Positions 1 through 12,847 of a stretch of 64,000 bases of DNA are shown piece by piece. Position numbers and translations under genes: made by a program. Numbering within the stretch: the first letter of the stretch is position 1; every line of letters begins with the position of its first letter. Origin of the DNA: Paragordius varius (Eukaryota; Animalia; Nematomorpha); contig OZ176058.1 in NCBI GenBank assembly GCA_964247055.1, positions 1,612,001-1,676,000 of the forward strand, written 5' to 3'. Below the pieces are notes generated by a model. That model saw only the letters and a list, made by a program, of their open reading frames with translations, searched no databases and was not told the DNA's origin.

Positions 1-131
1 GCTATCCCTAATACACAGATGTCGAGTTTCATCCTTTATAATACTTCGATTTTGTTGGTGGGGTCGCGTGAATTTCATGTACCAATACGTACAGACAACT
101 CGCTGGAGTTAATTTTATTTGAAACAGGCAT
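1..131 (-). pseudogene. Degenerate N-terminus of an APE-type endonuclease (non-LTR retrotransposon ORF2), running off the window edge
   Basis: Minus strand from ATG at 131 reads MPVSNKINSSELSVRIGT*NSRDPTNKIEVL*RMKLDICVLGI. This matches the LINE APE start motif (IGTWN...LDI.vLGI.ET), with W mutated to TGA. Confidence 0.6.
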
Positions 132-689
132 TGTCTAATGTGGAAAATGAGGGAGGATGTGTTAGCGATGGATAAGTTTGTGATGAAGGGTATGAGGGAA
201 AAATGAGTTGTAGTTTGGATGATGAATGATATTTTATAGGTAATTGGATAAAGATATTGTTAAAAAGGAGGATAATCAATTTTTAATTTAAATGAATTGC
301 GGTGGGAAAGGATTGGTATGCCTACGCCCCAAAAGGATAACTAATTATTTTTGAATTTGTATTTTTTTTCGACAGTTTTAACGAAAGCATTTAACTAACG
401 CATTAGACAAGCATGTACCAACTTTTTCACCCATTTTTATCTGATTCCCATTACATCAAAATTCTCAAGAAAATCATATTCATTTAAATTAAAAATTTAT
501 AAATAAATTTATCTTTTTTTACGATATCTGACGTTCTTATGTGTTTCATAGCTCTTTAATATTTCTTCTTTTATACAAATTAAACAAAATAAAACAATAA
601 TGCTCATTTTTAAAAATTATATTTATTCAAATTATCCTCAAATTATAAAAATATTTTATCTTTCACTATAGTATTAAAAGAAACTGAAA

Positions 690-1210
690 TTTAAACGCCA
701 TCCGTTTTATGCGTAAAATTTTATTTTTAATTGTAAATATATTTTTTGGTGGATTATGGTTACCTAATATTATTAAATTTTATGATTATAGTTAATACGG
801 CAATGATAATCTTTACTAAAATGAAAAAAATATAATTAATCCAATTAAATATGATTGGTATTTTATATTTAAATGTATATACGAATACACTTTAAATAAA
901 GTGTGTTAATTTAAAATAAGTTTCGAGATTGGATGAATAAAGGTATAATTATTTATATATAAAAATACTCGGTATTAAGATGGCAGATTATTAACTACAT
1001 ATTATATTTGAGTAGAGTATGTTGGGGAAATATAAATAATAAATTAATTGAGTTAACCCTAATTAAATAGCTATTTCCTATATTTTTATATCCACATTTT
1101 CCTCTGTACTCATTAAAGCATTTTTAAACAAATATCAATGCGTTTTTTAATTTTCTGGCCTTAGCTAGCTTCCATGTTCTACAGATTAAATTTTTGGCTA
1201 TATATCTTTA
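690..1210 (+). repeat. Dispersed AT-rich repeat, paralogous to 13140-13545, 57960-58900 and 63100-63508
   Basis: Shared blocks such as ttttatgcgtaaaatt, gtattaagatggcagatta and tatccacatttt occur in the same order in all copies. Confidence 0.8.
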
Positions 1211-1470
1211 TTTTATATAAATATAAAATAGTATTTGCACTGTGTGCAAAAAGAGGCTCATTTTAAATTAACGAAAATTTTTTTCATGAGATAGTTTATG
1301 ACCAATGAATTCATTTGCCGCAAAAATTATTTGTTGACAACCTAGTTTTTGAAATATTGAGAAAAAATTGAAATCGGGCAAAAAGTGAAAATTAAGGATA
1401 ATTAAAATAATGATAAAATCTGAAATATTATCGTTTATTATCTCATTTTAGGAGATATTTTCAATATATA

Positions 1471-2220
1471 AATAGCCTAAAATCATATAGTTTGGGTTTC
1501 AATAAAATTTCAGGTCAAAAGATGGCGTTTTTCTTTTATCACACTTAAAAGACAAACAAAATTTAATGAAACTATATTAAAATATTTTTTTTAATTATTT
1601 ACTACCTAAACTCACTATTAAAATCTTAACATTCATATTTTATTGAGGAAAATAAACTTCTACATCAAAATAGAACCAAAAATATTGTTTATTTTTGCAT
1701 TTTTTTGTCATCTGGTTTATGCGTGTATAAAAATTTTTTACTGTTTTATTTTGGATTCTTAAATGAGTGGGAATTATAAAGTATATAATTTATGGAAATA
1801 GGATTTAAAAATAGTGGAATATCAGCCAACAATCCGTAAAATCACAATACAAATATTAATTTGTCATAAAACAGACTTGTTACAGGGTTTTATAAGGATT
1901 GTTGGTTAATATTCCACTACTTTTAAATCCTATTTTGCATAAATTATAAATAATACACACTTATGTAAGAATCCAATACAAATCAGTATAAATTTTTTAT
2001 ACACTCATCCAGATAACAAAAAAACAATATTTTTAGTTTTATTTTGAAATAGAAGTTTTTCTTAAAAAATATGAAAGTTAACATATTAATAGTGAGTTAG
2101 CTAATAATTAAAAAAAAATATATTAATATAGTTTTATAAATTGTAAGTGTGTTAAAAGAAAAAAGCCATCTTTTGAGATGAAATTTTATAGAAAAACTAA
2201 CTATATGATTTTCGGTTATT
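1471..2220. mobile_element. 750-bp palindromic non-autonomous element nested in the left arm of the foldback
   Basis: Arms of about 370 bp are imperfect reverse complements (aatagcctaaaatcatatag / ctatatgattttcggttatt). It is flanked by duplicated TATATA. The opposite arm shows the empty site (aa tatata cc, about 3437-3446). Confidence 0.85.
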
Positions 2221-2249
2221 TATATACCATTTTTCATGCAAAAACATCA

Positions 2250-2500
2250 TTTTTTCAACCAAATGCAACATTTTTTCAACCAAACTCAACATTTTTTCAA
2301 GCAAACGCAACATTTTTTCAAGCAAAGACAACATTTTTTCAAGCAAACGCAACATTTTTTCAAGCAAAGACAACAATTTTTCAAGCAAACGCAACATTTT
2401 TTCAAGCAAACGCAACATTTTTTCAACCAAAGACAACATTTTTTCATCCAAACGCAACATTTTTTCAACCAAAGACAACATTTTTTCAAGCAAAAACAAC
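2250..2500 (+). repeat. 21-bp minisatellite (consensus GCAACATTTTTTCAAGCAAAC), about 12 units
   Basis: Directly visible periodicity. It produces the stop-free periodic ORFs in the track. Confidence 0.95.
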
Positions 2501-3164
2501 ATTGTTTTAAAATAAAAAACCAATTTTTTTATTTTAAGAAATATTAAATTTAAAGTTAATATAAATTAATTATAACGTTATAATTTTTCTTGTTTTATCA
2601 TCAATTTTTTATGGTATAATTGATTTTGAAACATTTTAAATTAGCCCATAAATTGCATTTATGACATTTGCACTTATTAAAAAATATCTACGTTTTGTGG
2701 GTTATTGATCGTAATATTTAGTTTAAAATAATAATAAATTTATAATATTGATAAATTGAAGAAAATTACCTCGAAACAAATAAAGTTGTTTTACTATGAA
2801 AATATTAATTTTGATTCAAAAAATACTATTAAATAGAGATATTAAAATTTTAAAAAATAGATAATTACACACAAAAATAACGGTCGTATGAAAACTGCAA
2901 AAAAAGTAAGAAATTTTAAGTGAAGGATAACTTAAGACTCTTAAAGCGCAAATTGTGTAGTTTTTTTAGGTGAAACTATTGTTTTAAAAAAATATTTATA
3001 AATAATGCAATTGGGCTAAATTTAAATGTTTGAAGATCAAATTTACCATCAAATATTGGTGATAAGACAATAAATATCAAATTTCTACGTTAAAATTAAT
3101 TTACATTAACTTTAAATTTAATATTTCTTAAAATAAAAAAATTGGTTTTTTATTTTAAAACAAT

Positions 3165-3420
3165 GTTGTTTTTGCTTGAAAAAATGTTGTCTTTGGTTGA
3201 AAAAATGTTGCGTTTGGATGAAAAAATGTTGTCGTTGGTTGAAAAAATGTTGCGTTTGCTTGAAAAAATGTTGCGTTTGCTTGAAAAATTGTTGTCTTTG
3301 CTTGAAAAAATGTTGCGTTTGCTTGAAAAAATGTTGTCTTTGCTTGAAAAAATGTTGCGTTTGCTTGAAAAAATGTTGAGTTTGGTTGAAAAAATGTTGC
3401 ATTTGGTTGAAAAAATGATG
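3165..3420 (-). repeat. Inverted copy of the 21-bp minisatellite
   Basis: Reverse complement of 2250-2500; the ORF translations are essentially identical. Confidence 0.95.
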
Positions 3421-3769
3421 TTTTTGCATGAAAAATGGTATATATTAAAAATATCTCCTAAAATGATAATAAACCAAAATATTGCAAATTTTATCATTAT
3501 TTTTTGATTTATCCTTAATTATCCTTAATTTTCACTTTTTGCCCAATTTCGATTTTCTCTCAATATTTCAAAAACTAGGTTGTCAGCAATTATGATTTTT
3601 ATTGGCAAATGCATACGCCGGTCATAAGCTATCTCATGAAAAAAAAATTTTTGTTAAAAATTTTTTTTGCATATATATATTTGAGTGATAAATTTTTCTA
3701 TAGTATTTAGGTGATGACCTAAAATCATACTCAAAATTCAAAGGGGTTGCAAAAATAAATAGGTGACAA

Positions 3770-4320
3770 AAATGGATATGCCAGTTTTGTAACCTGATTC
3801 ACAATTGTTATTGGTATGTTGATTTGATACACTTAAATTCAAATTGAGGTATTTACCGACCCCAAACTATATTTAAGTTGATATTTTTGAAAATCTGAAA
3901 AAACGGGCCTTATTTAAATTTATGCTTCTATCCAAATAATTATATAAATACGCCAATATATTTAAATAAAATTTGGTTTTGAAAACCATATCAAACTACT
4001 TCCCTGTTTCTAACGCTAATATTAAGGCTAATTTTTTATATAAATATCATTTAACATGGATTTAAACAGAAGTAGTTTGCATCATTTAAACTTATAGCTC
4101 ATGTACACATGACTAAATTTTTACCTTGAAGTTTCATAAAATAGGTAATATGAAATTTTTTTAAGATAATTTTTTTTATATTTCAGTGCAAAATGTTATA
4201 TAAATGCAAACTTTAGCAATGGTGTTGATTTGTTCCATATTTTTATATAAACAGAGGTCTCCCAAAGACCTCAGTATGTATCAAAAATAAAATGAAAGTG
4301 TATTGTATAGTGTTGAGTAA
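3770..4320 (+). repeat. Dispersed repeat family, with copies at about 14440-14970, 15540-16230 and inverted at about 47860-48380
   Basis: Shared blocks gccagttttgtaac, ttaagttgatatt, tcaaactactt and aatgaatgtgttgta. Confidence 0.7.
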
Positions 4321-5128
4321 TAACATTGCTGATTTTTAATCCCGTAGAAAACAAAAGTACACATAAAACAGAATAAGTAGTAAGATTTATCTTTCAAACA
4401 AATAGCTGGTACTAGATTGGTGGGTTGATATTGGGTTAACACTTCATTACATTTTTATTTCTTGGTCCTCGACCCCAGAACTTAAAAAAACTACTGTTGG
4501 TTTTAAATCCCTCTTCACTTGTATTATAACATAGAATTATTACATTATTATAATTCCCTCATCAGATAGCTCCAAACGATGGAAACAAACAACTGATATT
4601 GAAATCAGTAAATAATGATTGCAGTTAAATTGCAATTTGAAAGCTTTCCAAATACATAATGCAGTTATTTGAGATTGTACAAGTCGGAAAAGTTTGAGAT
4701 GAGGATTTATACTTTACAGTATTTTATTTAAAAAAAATTTGTATCATGGCCGCTAATTTGTTGGTCCCGGGGTAAAAATTACCCCAAGAGATGCGGGTCT
4801 TATTAAAAAGTTTTGTGTTTCGTACTGATGGTGATAACATGCACGAAACTAGTGTGCGATTACTATTGACGAAAGGCTTCAATCCTATGATATTACAGTT
4901 AATAAATATAATTTTCAATTAATTTTCCATTTGATTTTCAATTATCGTTATCTTACGGGTTTTACAACTGTTATAATAAATTGTTAAAGTTTTTACTAAT
5001 ATAAATTCTTTGATTTTTGTACTATTGGTTGTGATTAAACTGCCGTAACCATTTATTTTATAATTAATAAAATAAATCATACTTTTAAAATTAATGAAAA
5101 ATCAAATCACAATGTTTTTTATTTTAAG

Positions 5129-6310
5129 TTAGTTTGACATTATTTGCCACGTTTTGTCAATCAAATTATTTATGATACTGCCTACAGTCATAGATTGATT
5201 TTTTGCATCTTGTGTTAGACTCTCAGTAATATTTATGCCAGTTGGGACGAAAAACATAAATCGATTCCACACGGAAATATTTTCCTTATTTTCTGGTTTG
5301 CTTGAATTGGGATTAACATTAGAGCTCAAATTGTGGAAATTAGTTGGTTGTTGTTTAGAGTGTTTTCGCTTACTTTTGTGCTTTCTATGTGCGACATCGG
5401 AGCTGTACCCTAAAAGAATATAAAAAATAATTAAACTGATTGAAAAATTATGTTGAAAGTTTTAATATATGGTTAGTCCTGGGTCAACTTTGCGAGTTAG
5501 AATATGTCAAATATTTTCCATATTAATTAAGGATTAGCATTTTCATTACCCAAATTAAGTATTGTAAAAAATTTTTTTAGTTATTGTGATTCATTTGAAA
5601 ATATTTAGATTTTGCATAATATTAATTTATAGTAACTAGAGTTCACCCGTTTTATTATTTTAAATGGTTAAAATGAAAATGGAAATTTAAACCACATTTG
5701 TGGTGTCATGTATGAGAATTTTTGTTTTAGTTACATATTTACGGTATTTTTCTCACTATTTTAGTTCAATCTAACCACCTATAAAAACAAAAAATTTCAT
5801 ATATGCCAACATATGTTCATGTTATATCCCTTGCTAATTATAATATACACCTTGTGGCCAATATACAGTAGTATATGGGTAAAAACAAAAAAGATGTTGA
5901 AATTAATTAATTACTCTTATTTTGCAACATTAATTTGTTTATTTAATACCGAAATTGTTTTTTAACACATGCTATGTTCATTGGAGCTGTGCCCCTTAAA
6001 ATTACAAAACTATAGAAACTTTAACCTAACAGAAGAATGTTTGATTATTGAACGAAAATAATTTTAAAACTGGGAATATTTATAAGGTTGAGCTCTATAA
6101 AACTATCCAATTTAATGGCGGACAAAGGGGAGAAATTATATATAGCTTTTGTTACTGTAATTTCAAACATATAAATATTTAAACATATAAGTTACTATTT
6201 AGTTTGTTGAAATTACGATTGGTAACACCACCAGACATTTGAGTTAAAGTACATAAATATAAATATACTAAAAATATAAGGGCAAAATATTTTTGATTTA
6301 AAACATTCAT
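5129..6310 (-). CDS. Orphan secreted protein, about 124 aa, two exons (6310-6217 and 5409-5129)
   Basis: Exon 1 reads MNVLNQKYFALIFLVYLYLCTLTQMSGGVTN (signal-like) with a phase-1 donor C|gtaatt. Acceptor ttcttttag|GG opens 93 codons (YSSDVAHRKHKSKRKH...WQIMSN*). Phases match, total 375 nt. Extra micro-exons are not excluded. Confidence 0.6.
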
Positions 6311-6605
6311 TTATAATCTTAAAATTCTTAAAACCGAAAATAATGGATTATAAATATAACTGATTATGTAAAAAGGCAAAGTTCAATTTTTTTGAAAAAC
6401 ATTAGCTTTAGAATGATGCAATAAATCATGATCAATTATGTTCAATTTAATTTAAAATACATTATATTTGCACTTTTAAAAATGTTCGATAGCTAAAAAT
6501 AGAAGGTTTTTTGGCCATATCAATATTTTAATTAATTAAATGTTAATATATGCGAGATATTGAATAAATTATACAATTATTTTCCAGAAAATTATTACAT
6601 TAAAG

Positions 6606-6876
6606 CAGGAGTAGCCTGCATGTGGCCTGCAAAAAATTGAAATAATTTGGAATAATTTGCTTAAAAAGCCTAGTTAAATGGAAATATTTAAAATAATTTT
6701 TATGATTCGATTTAGTAATTGGCAAAAACTAGAAAAAATTAAATATTATGATAGTTTTTTTCCATATGTTTTAATTCAAATAAATTTATTTATACCCATA
6801 TCTATTTCAAATGGCCGCCAAATTTTAGTCAAAAAATGCGACCCGCAATGTTATTGAAGCTGGACATACACCCCTG
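6606..6876. mobile_element. hAT-type MITE relic
   Basis: CAGGAGTAG... / ...CACCCCTG termini; the flanking 8-mers cattaaag and gataaaag match at 6/8 positions. Confidence 0.45.
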
Positions 6877-8023
6877 GATAAAAGTGGGCTATTGAGGCCA
6901 TTTCGTATTCTAAAATGTATTTATGTTTATTGCAAAATTTAAACTAAAATAAATTTTGAAATCGTGATGATCTCTAACAAGAATTTGATGTTAAAAAATA
7001 TAAAACCAATTCAATTTGGTTTTTTTTTCGGATTTTAAAAATTAACGAAATCGGTTTAAATAGTAATTCGAATGTTCTTTTCTTTTATAGGTGAATAATA
7101 TATTTTTTAGCTAATTTTACAATTAAATTTAAACTTACCTTTTCACTTTTTTGTCTTGTATAAGCCTATTTTATTAAAGTTAATTGAGTTCAAATTAATT
7201 ATCAAACATTGTGCTCCTATATTAGAAAACTTAATGTTTACAGTTTTTTAACACTAGAGAATTTGGGATAGTTCCAAAACACGTTTGAAACGCTGACATT
7301 AAAATCAATATGAAGTTTTTACTGGTTAAATTGAACCCATCTTACTTAAGCTAACGATTTACATTTTTTAACCATAATATACATGTATTTGCCTATTGTA
7401 TCTGCGATTTAAAAATCTTATTAATAAAAGCCAAAAGGTTTGAGATGAGAATTTTTTACAATTTAAAAAATATGAAGCATACGCCTTAAAAGCCATAGGC
7501 TTAATACCTTAAATACCTTTTAAAATATTCCAAATTTTGGCTCTAGGATATACCCCAAAAGTTTAAGAGGTGTTAGCAAAAAAATAAAAATTTTGAAATT
7601 GCAATAAATAATTTGCTCGGAGAGAATACCTTATATAATATATATATATAAGATAAAGTTTACCATAATAATTCTATCTAACTTCGTCTGAAAAAAACGT
7701 TTATATCAATCCACTTTTTAAAAAATACAGTAACGAGAGCTATTCTGTGCCATTTCGATGTCATTTAATTACAGAGGGGGATTTTTTTTGCATGACTGTC
7801 CAAAAAGAATTCTTTTTTCGTGTTGGTTACATATTTAATAATGCACATCTCAATTTTTTGATGAACTAATAAAAAGAAAAAATCTCATGCCATTTAAAAT
7901 AGTAAAACGGCTTTTAATAGCTATTGTTCTCGTTAATGCAACATTCTCCATTCAAATGCAAATAATGATAGGTTCTAAAATTAACTTTTTCATTTGGATT
8001 TGGGCCCTAACCATATTTAAGAC

Positions 8024-8310
8024 CAGTAGTTCCCAAAAGGAAGAGGGGGAAATATCTAGAGGAGGGTGGAAATTTGGATAATTCAATTTAAATCAGAAAC
8101 AAATTAAAGATTAATGAGATTTTAAGTGCAAATTATCAAGATTTAGAATTGAATAATTTTACATACAATGATCACATGGTTTTAGATTTTTATAATATTA
8201 AATAAATTTTCATTTTTATGTGTTTTTTTGGAGGAGAAGGAGTGGAGTTGCGCAAGCTTATTTTTTTCCAATTTGATGGGGTTTGAACAACAAAGGGTTG
8301 GGAAACATTC
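8024..8310. mobile_element. hAT MITE, 287 bp
   Basis: TIR-like CAGTAGTTCCCAA / TTGGGAAACATTC, with a perfect 8-bp TSD TTTAAGAC on both sides. Confidence 0.85.
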
Positions 8311-8712
8311 TTTAAGACAAAAGGAATTACAAGTAAAAAAGGTCGTTGGAATTAGTAAAACCTTTACAAAAACATAATGATAATATTTTTTTGAAAATAA
8401 TTTTTTTTGGTTGTATTTAATAAAAATTGGTAGCTTCTCTTCACTTTACTAAACAAAAGACGTTAAAACATTATTTGGATTACAATTAATATTAAAATTT
8501 TAGCCATTTTTAAAAAAAAGTTTTAAACAAAACGTATAAGCGATCTTAGACAGATTCGTAGGTAACGTCTTATAATATGCCAAACAAGATGGGATAATCT
8601 AAAATTATTTTTTACGGGTTATCTATATTTTTATGATCATCATATAAAAATAATTATTGCAAAAAGCAATATACAAAATAAATGATACCATTCTATATAA
8701 AATCTATTTATC

Positions 8713-8953
8713 CATGGCTTAGCAACACAAATATCTTTGCGGGCCGCATTTTACATATATGGGCATTCATGAATAATAATTAGTTCAAACATAATATTGC
8801 ATAATGCAATATAACAATTTTCTACTTCTTTCCACGATTGGATAGACTTACTTAGAAATAATTGGTTGAGAAATAACATTTTTGATTTTTTAGGTAAATT
8901 TTTGCAAATTAGAAATTTCCAAATTTTTTGCGGTCGCGAATCGAACATCCCTG
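8713..8953. mobile_element. hAT-like MITE relic
   Basis: Subterminal gcgggccgc / gcggtcgcga motifs and a ...ATCCCTG end; no TSD match. Confidence 0.35.
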
Positions 8954-9681
8954 CATTAAACACATATTGTTAGGTATTGATGAGGCTTGCTTGTAATTAA
9001 GAAAAATTTAATACGAAATTAAAAAAGAATATGCTTTATGTTGAATTTACAATTTTTATAAATAACATTGCGCGGTTAAAAAAAATGGTATTCTAAAACT
9101 TTTGACGTAGATTTTGGAATGGAAAAAGTTTAATATATCGTTATTAAGTAAATAGATAAATATTTTTTTAAAAAAATTATTATAAAAGATAAATAAAAAA
9201 TTTAATTAACATGCGAATTAATGTATATTGCAACCAAATGCATTTTCAGCTGTGACCAATGTATAAAAAGCCATCCGAATCCTTATTTTGTTTTCAGAGA
9301 TCAAGGAATAATGGACTATTTACAAAGAAAATACAATTTTTAAAACGCAACTTTTAAGTAAAAAATTGATTGATATTAAAAAAAATATCTTTTTTAATTA
9401 GATTGATGATGATAATTGAATGAATTGGAGTGTTTAAATGTTCATTAATATTTTGTTACCTAAAACAAGAGGATCGCTCAAAAATATAGTAATCTTAAAT
9501 TAGTAGATTTTTAAAATATCAGATCGGAAAAATTATATTCAATAAATTTTATCCCATATTAGCAATAATATAGCTGTTTAAATATTGTAATTTAAAATTA
9601 GCATCGATTTAGGCATCATAGCCTTTATTATTGTAAATCGATAGGGCTATTTGGTTTTTATATAACTTTATGGCTATAAAA

Positions 9682-9713
<32 letters not shown>

Positions 9714-10069
9714 CTATAATATTATAGTATGTTATATGCCTTTAAGTTTGATATTCATGCAGGCAATACATTAATGATAGAGCACCCCATATAAAAAATT
9801 TAGTATATTCCAACCAATTAAGCTGATTAATTACATAAAGAGAGCATATAATATAAAATTTAGCTGCAAATAAAAGAAATTAATTGAAAAGAAAATCTAA
9901 GGACGAGCTTAGGGGTTCATAAAATACTTGGTTTCTGTAGTCTGCAATTTGGAAAACAAGAGTACATATATAGACGAGTGATGTAAGTACCTATGATTTT
10001 GATCAAAAAAATATTTACAAGACTTATATCCTGTTTTGAAGGCTTACATTTTAATTCTAAAGATTATAT

Positions 10070-12815
10070 TAAAAAAATTATTTACTTTGTATGATAATTT
10101 TTATCTAAAATATTAAATAAGCCCCTCTTTACTAGGTTCAAAGCGGCGCTCATTAGTTTAACGGCTGCATTTTCCAAAAAATATAAGATATTTAGAATTA
10201 ATAAATATTTTATGGAATTTAAAACATGATACTGAAGATAAAATCATCAATCAATAAAATCCATCAAGTATTCCTAGTTACTCCATTGCGAAAAGATCTT
10301 TGAACAAGTTATTTCAAAATAAATCAATCTTTTATTGTTAAGGAAATGTTGGATATATTAATATTTAACGATGAGTAATACTCATCCTGTTTTACCATCA
10401 AATAAAAGATATACAACAGATATTTTTGATTGAATTAAGAGGGGGTAAAAGAGGGAGAATCAATATCCAAAATTAATCTTTTGACTACTTAAAATCAACT
10501 ATAATTCTTATTTATAGTTTTATAATAAAGTTTTATAATAGTATAAATGATTAAAGTATTTCATCCAAATTAGATTTTAATCTATTATAGATTATATGAG
10601 AAAAATTAAAATTAATATAAATTATAGATCCCTTCGATTTCGTTCAAGTCAAAATGCTTAATATTTAATTCTTTAAAATATAAACTAGTATTTAAATTTT
10701 TTAGTATGGTTATTTTTAAAATTTTTAAGATCCATAATCACAATCGTAGGTTATTTAATCATACTAAACGGAAATGAATTATAAAAAATATTAAGAAATT
10801 TATGATGACTGCTATGACCAATATAATTGTAATATAAAATTAAATATTTTTTGACAAAGCTTCAGATATATTTTCCGAATTTTCGCAATAAACTAGCTAA
10901 AAATGTTACAATAATTAGTTATTTTTGCAGTCTTTTGATTCCAATACATTTTTTAAATACGTCCTGCGAAACCAATTGTGTTGGAGACCCCTGCTTAGAT
11001 GATTATTTGGTAAAAAAATATCCACGAATGATATTAAAAAGATTTACATTAAAAATGTGAATTTTAAAACAAAACTTAATAAATAATAGTTAAAATGGAA
11101 ATACCGACAAAATGTAAATATAAAGACATATATTTTTATATAAAAAATAACCATACTTTTTAAACCTTAATTATTCCCATAGTTTAGTTACTATTGCAAG
11201 ATATACAATTGATTGTGCTATTAATATATATCTATTCCACACTTTACTTTTTTAAACATTGAGTTATATTGAAATAAATCAAGATGTAAATGTATGGTTT
11301 CCTTTTAGAAAAAAATATTTGTCTTTAAATATTTTACGTCTTGTCCGTATAATTTCAGTTTACTTAAATAGCCAAATATTACAAAAATTTGAGTGAATGA
11401 TTAACGATGTCATTTCTATCCTCATTTAGTAACTCAAATAGATGAGCTATATAATAGAGTTGTAAATTGACCCCCTTTTTTAATAAAGGGGGCCAGACCT
11501 AACCAATAATAAATAAATACATAAATAAACACTTGACTAAATTACATAAAAAATGTTTTTAAATAAAGTATATATTTTTTTAAAGTATACTTTCATCAAT
11601 ACTAATAATTTAAATTTCTACAATTAACGTTCTCTCATGGAATCATACATTAAACCTTATAGAAAGTTTAAATCACTGAATAAGACTTATGAGAAAATAT
11701 GGTATTATTTGTGCTCTAATTATTTACCCAGAAAATTATTGACCTGAATTTAATAAGATTTAACATTACAAATTCAAATAATCAATTAATATTCATTTCA
11801 TCCTGATCTTCATCATCACTACTGGATGTTTCAATTTCAACATCCAGCCATGAGTTATATTTAACGGCCAGCAATTTGTTCAAACAATGTTTATCTAAAC
11901 GATTGTGCGAAATGTATATATTTTTGCATATAAAAGTTTCTTTCGACTGCATTACTCGACGCAGGTATAAAAAAATTTCCATGACGAGTGATTTCTTGAT
12001 AATCGGTAAATGTGCCAATAAACTTCCAGAATTGCTCGACTCTCATATGGTTATATTTTAGCTTTTAAAAAATACCTGTTTTCGCCATATATTTCAGAAA
12101 CTGTGAATATATTTTATCCTATGGACAATCATTATTAAGACATATATATTTTAGAGCATGAAGTGCTTTTATAGTGTCGTCGCTAATCAAATCCTTCTTT
12201 CAACATGGGTACAAACGAGCCAAGAGAACTAAATCCGTTGTCTATTGCTCTTTACGCCTTTCATAACATTGTACTGATTTATTTATCTGATCTCCAAAAA
12301 CAGTACTTAAACAGAGTTACGCATATCTTCCATGTGTGATATATTTGTTATAAGGGAAGTATCAGCCTCCAAATATCTTTTATAATTGGCTCCATTATGT
12401 TATAGATATATTCGGCAGTCATACTATGATAAGATGTATCATTAATAAAAAATGATTGTTGGGATCCTTGACCAATAAAATTAAATTGTTTGATCCCTAC
12501 AACTATTAGTAAAGGAATCGACGATTGAAATATTATTTTTACATATTCCATCAACTTCTATTTTTATATCTTCATAACATAAATCTAGTAATTCATTGGA
12601 AATATGTTATCTATTTGGAATATTTGGTTTTAAACTATGAATGAAACTCCGTTTGTTTTAACTATGTTAAGAGTTGAAGCTTTAAAAATAAATTTTAGTA
12701 AATGTTTCTGGTTTTAATATTAAACTTAAAAAATCAAATACCTAGCTTGCTTTCCACCATCACCTTCTGTCATATAATTTATTTTATGAACTTTTTTGAA
12801 ATGTTTCTTTTGGTT

Positions 12816-12847
<32 letters not shown>

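Larger units (their letters stand above)
1238..3687. mobile_element. Foldback-type element with long inverted arms carrying 21-bp tandem arrays
   Basis: 1275-1470 plus 2221-2665 is the reverse complement of about 3000-3650, with a spacer of about 335 bp. Outer limits are approximate. Confidence 0.8.

Noticed and set aside
2250-2500. CRISPR-like appearance of the regular repeats
   Set aside because: There are no unique spacers, the units are directly tandem, the context is eukaryotic and no cas genes are present.
2178-3507. Eight periodic ORFs (FFQANAT, EKMLRLL, KKCC repeats) that look like coiled-coil or Cys-rich proteins
   Set aside because: They are open in multiple frames on both strands because the 21-bp unit lacks stops; they are artefacts of the minisatellite.
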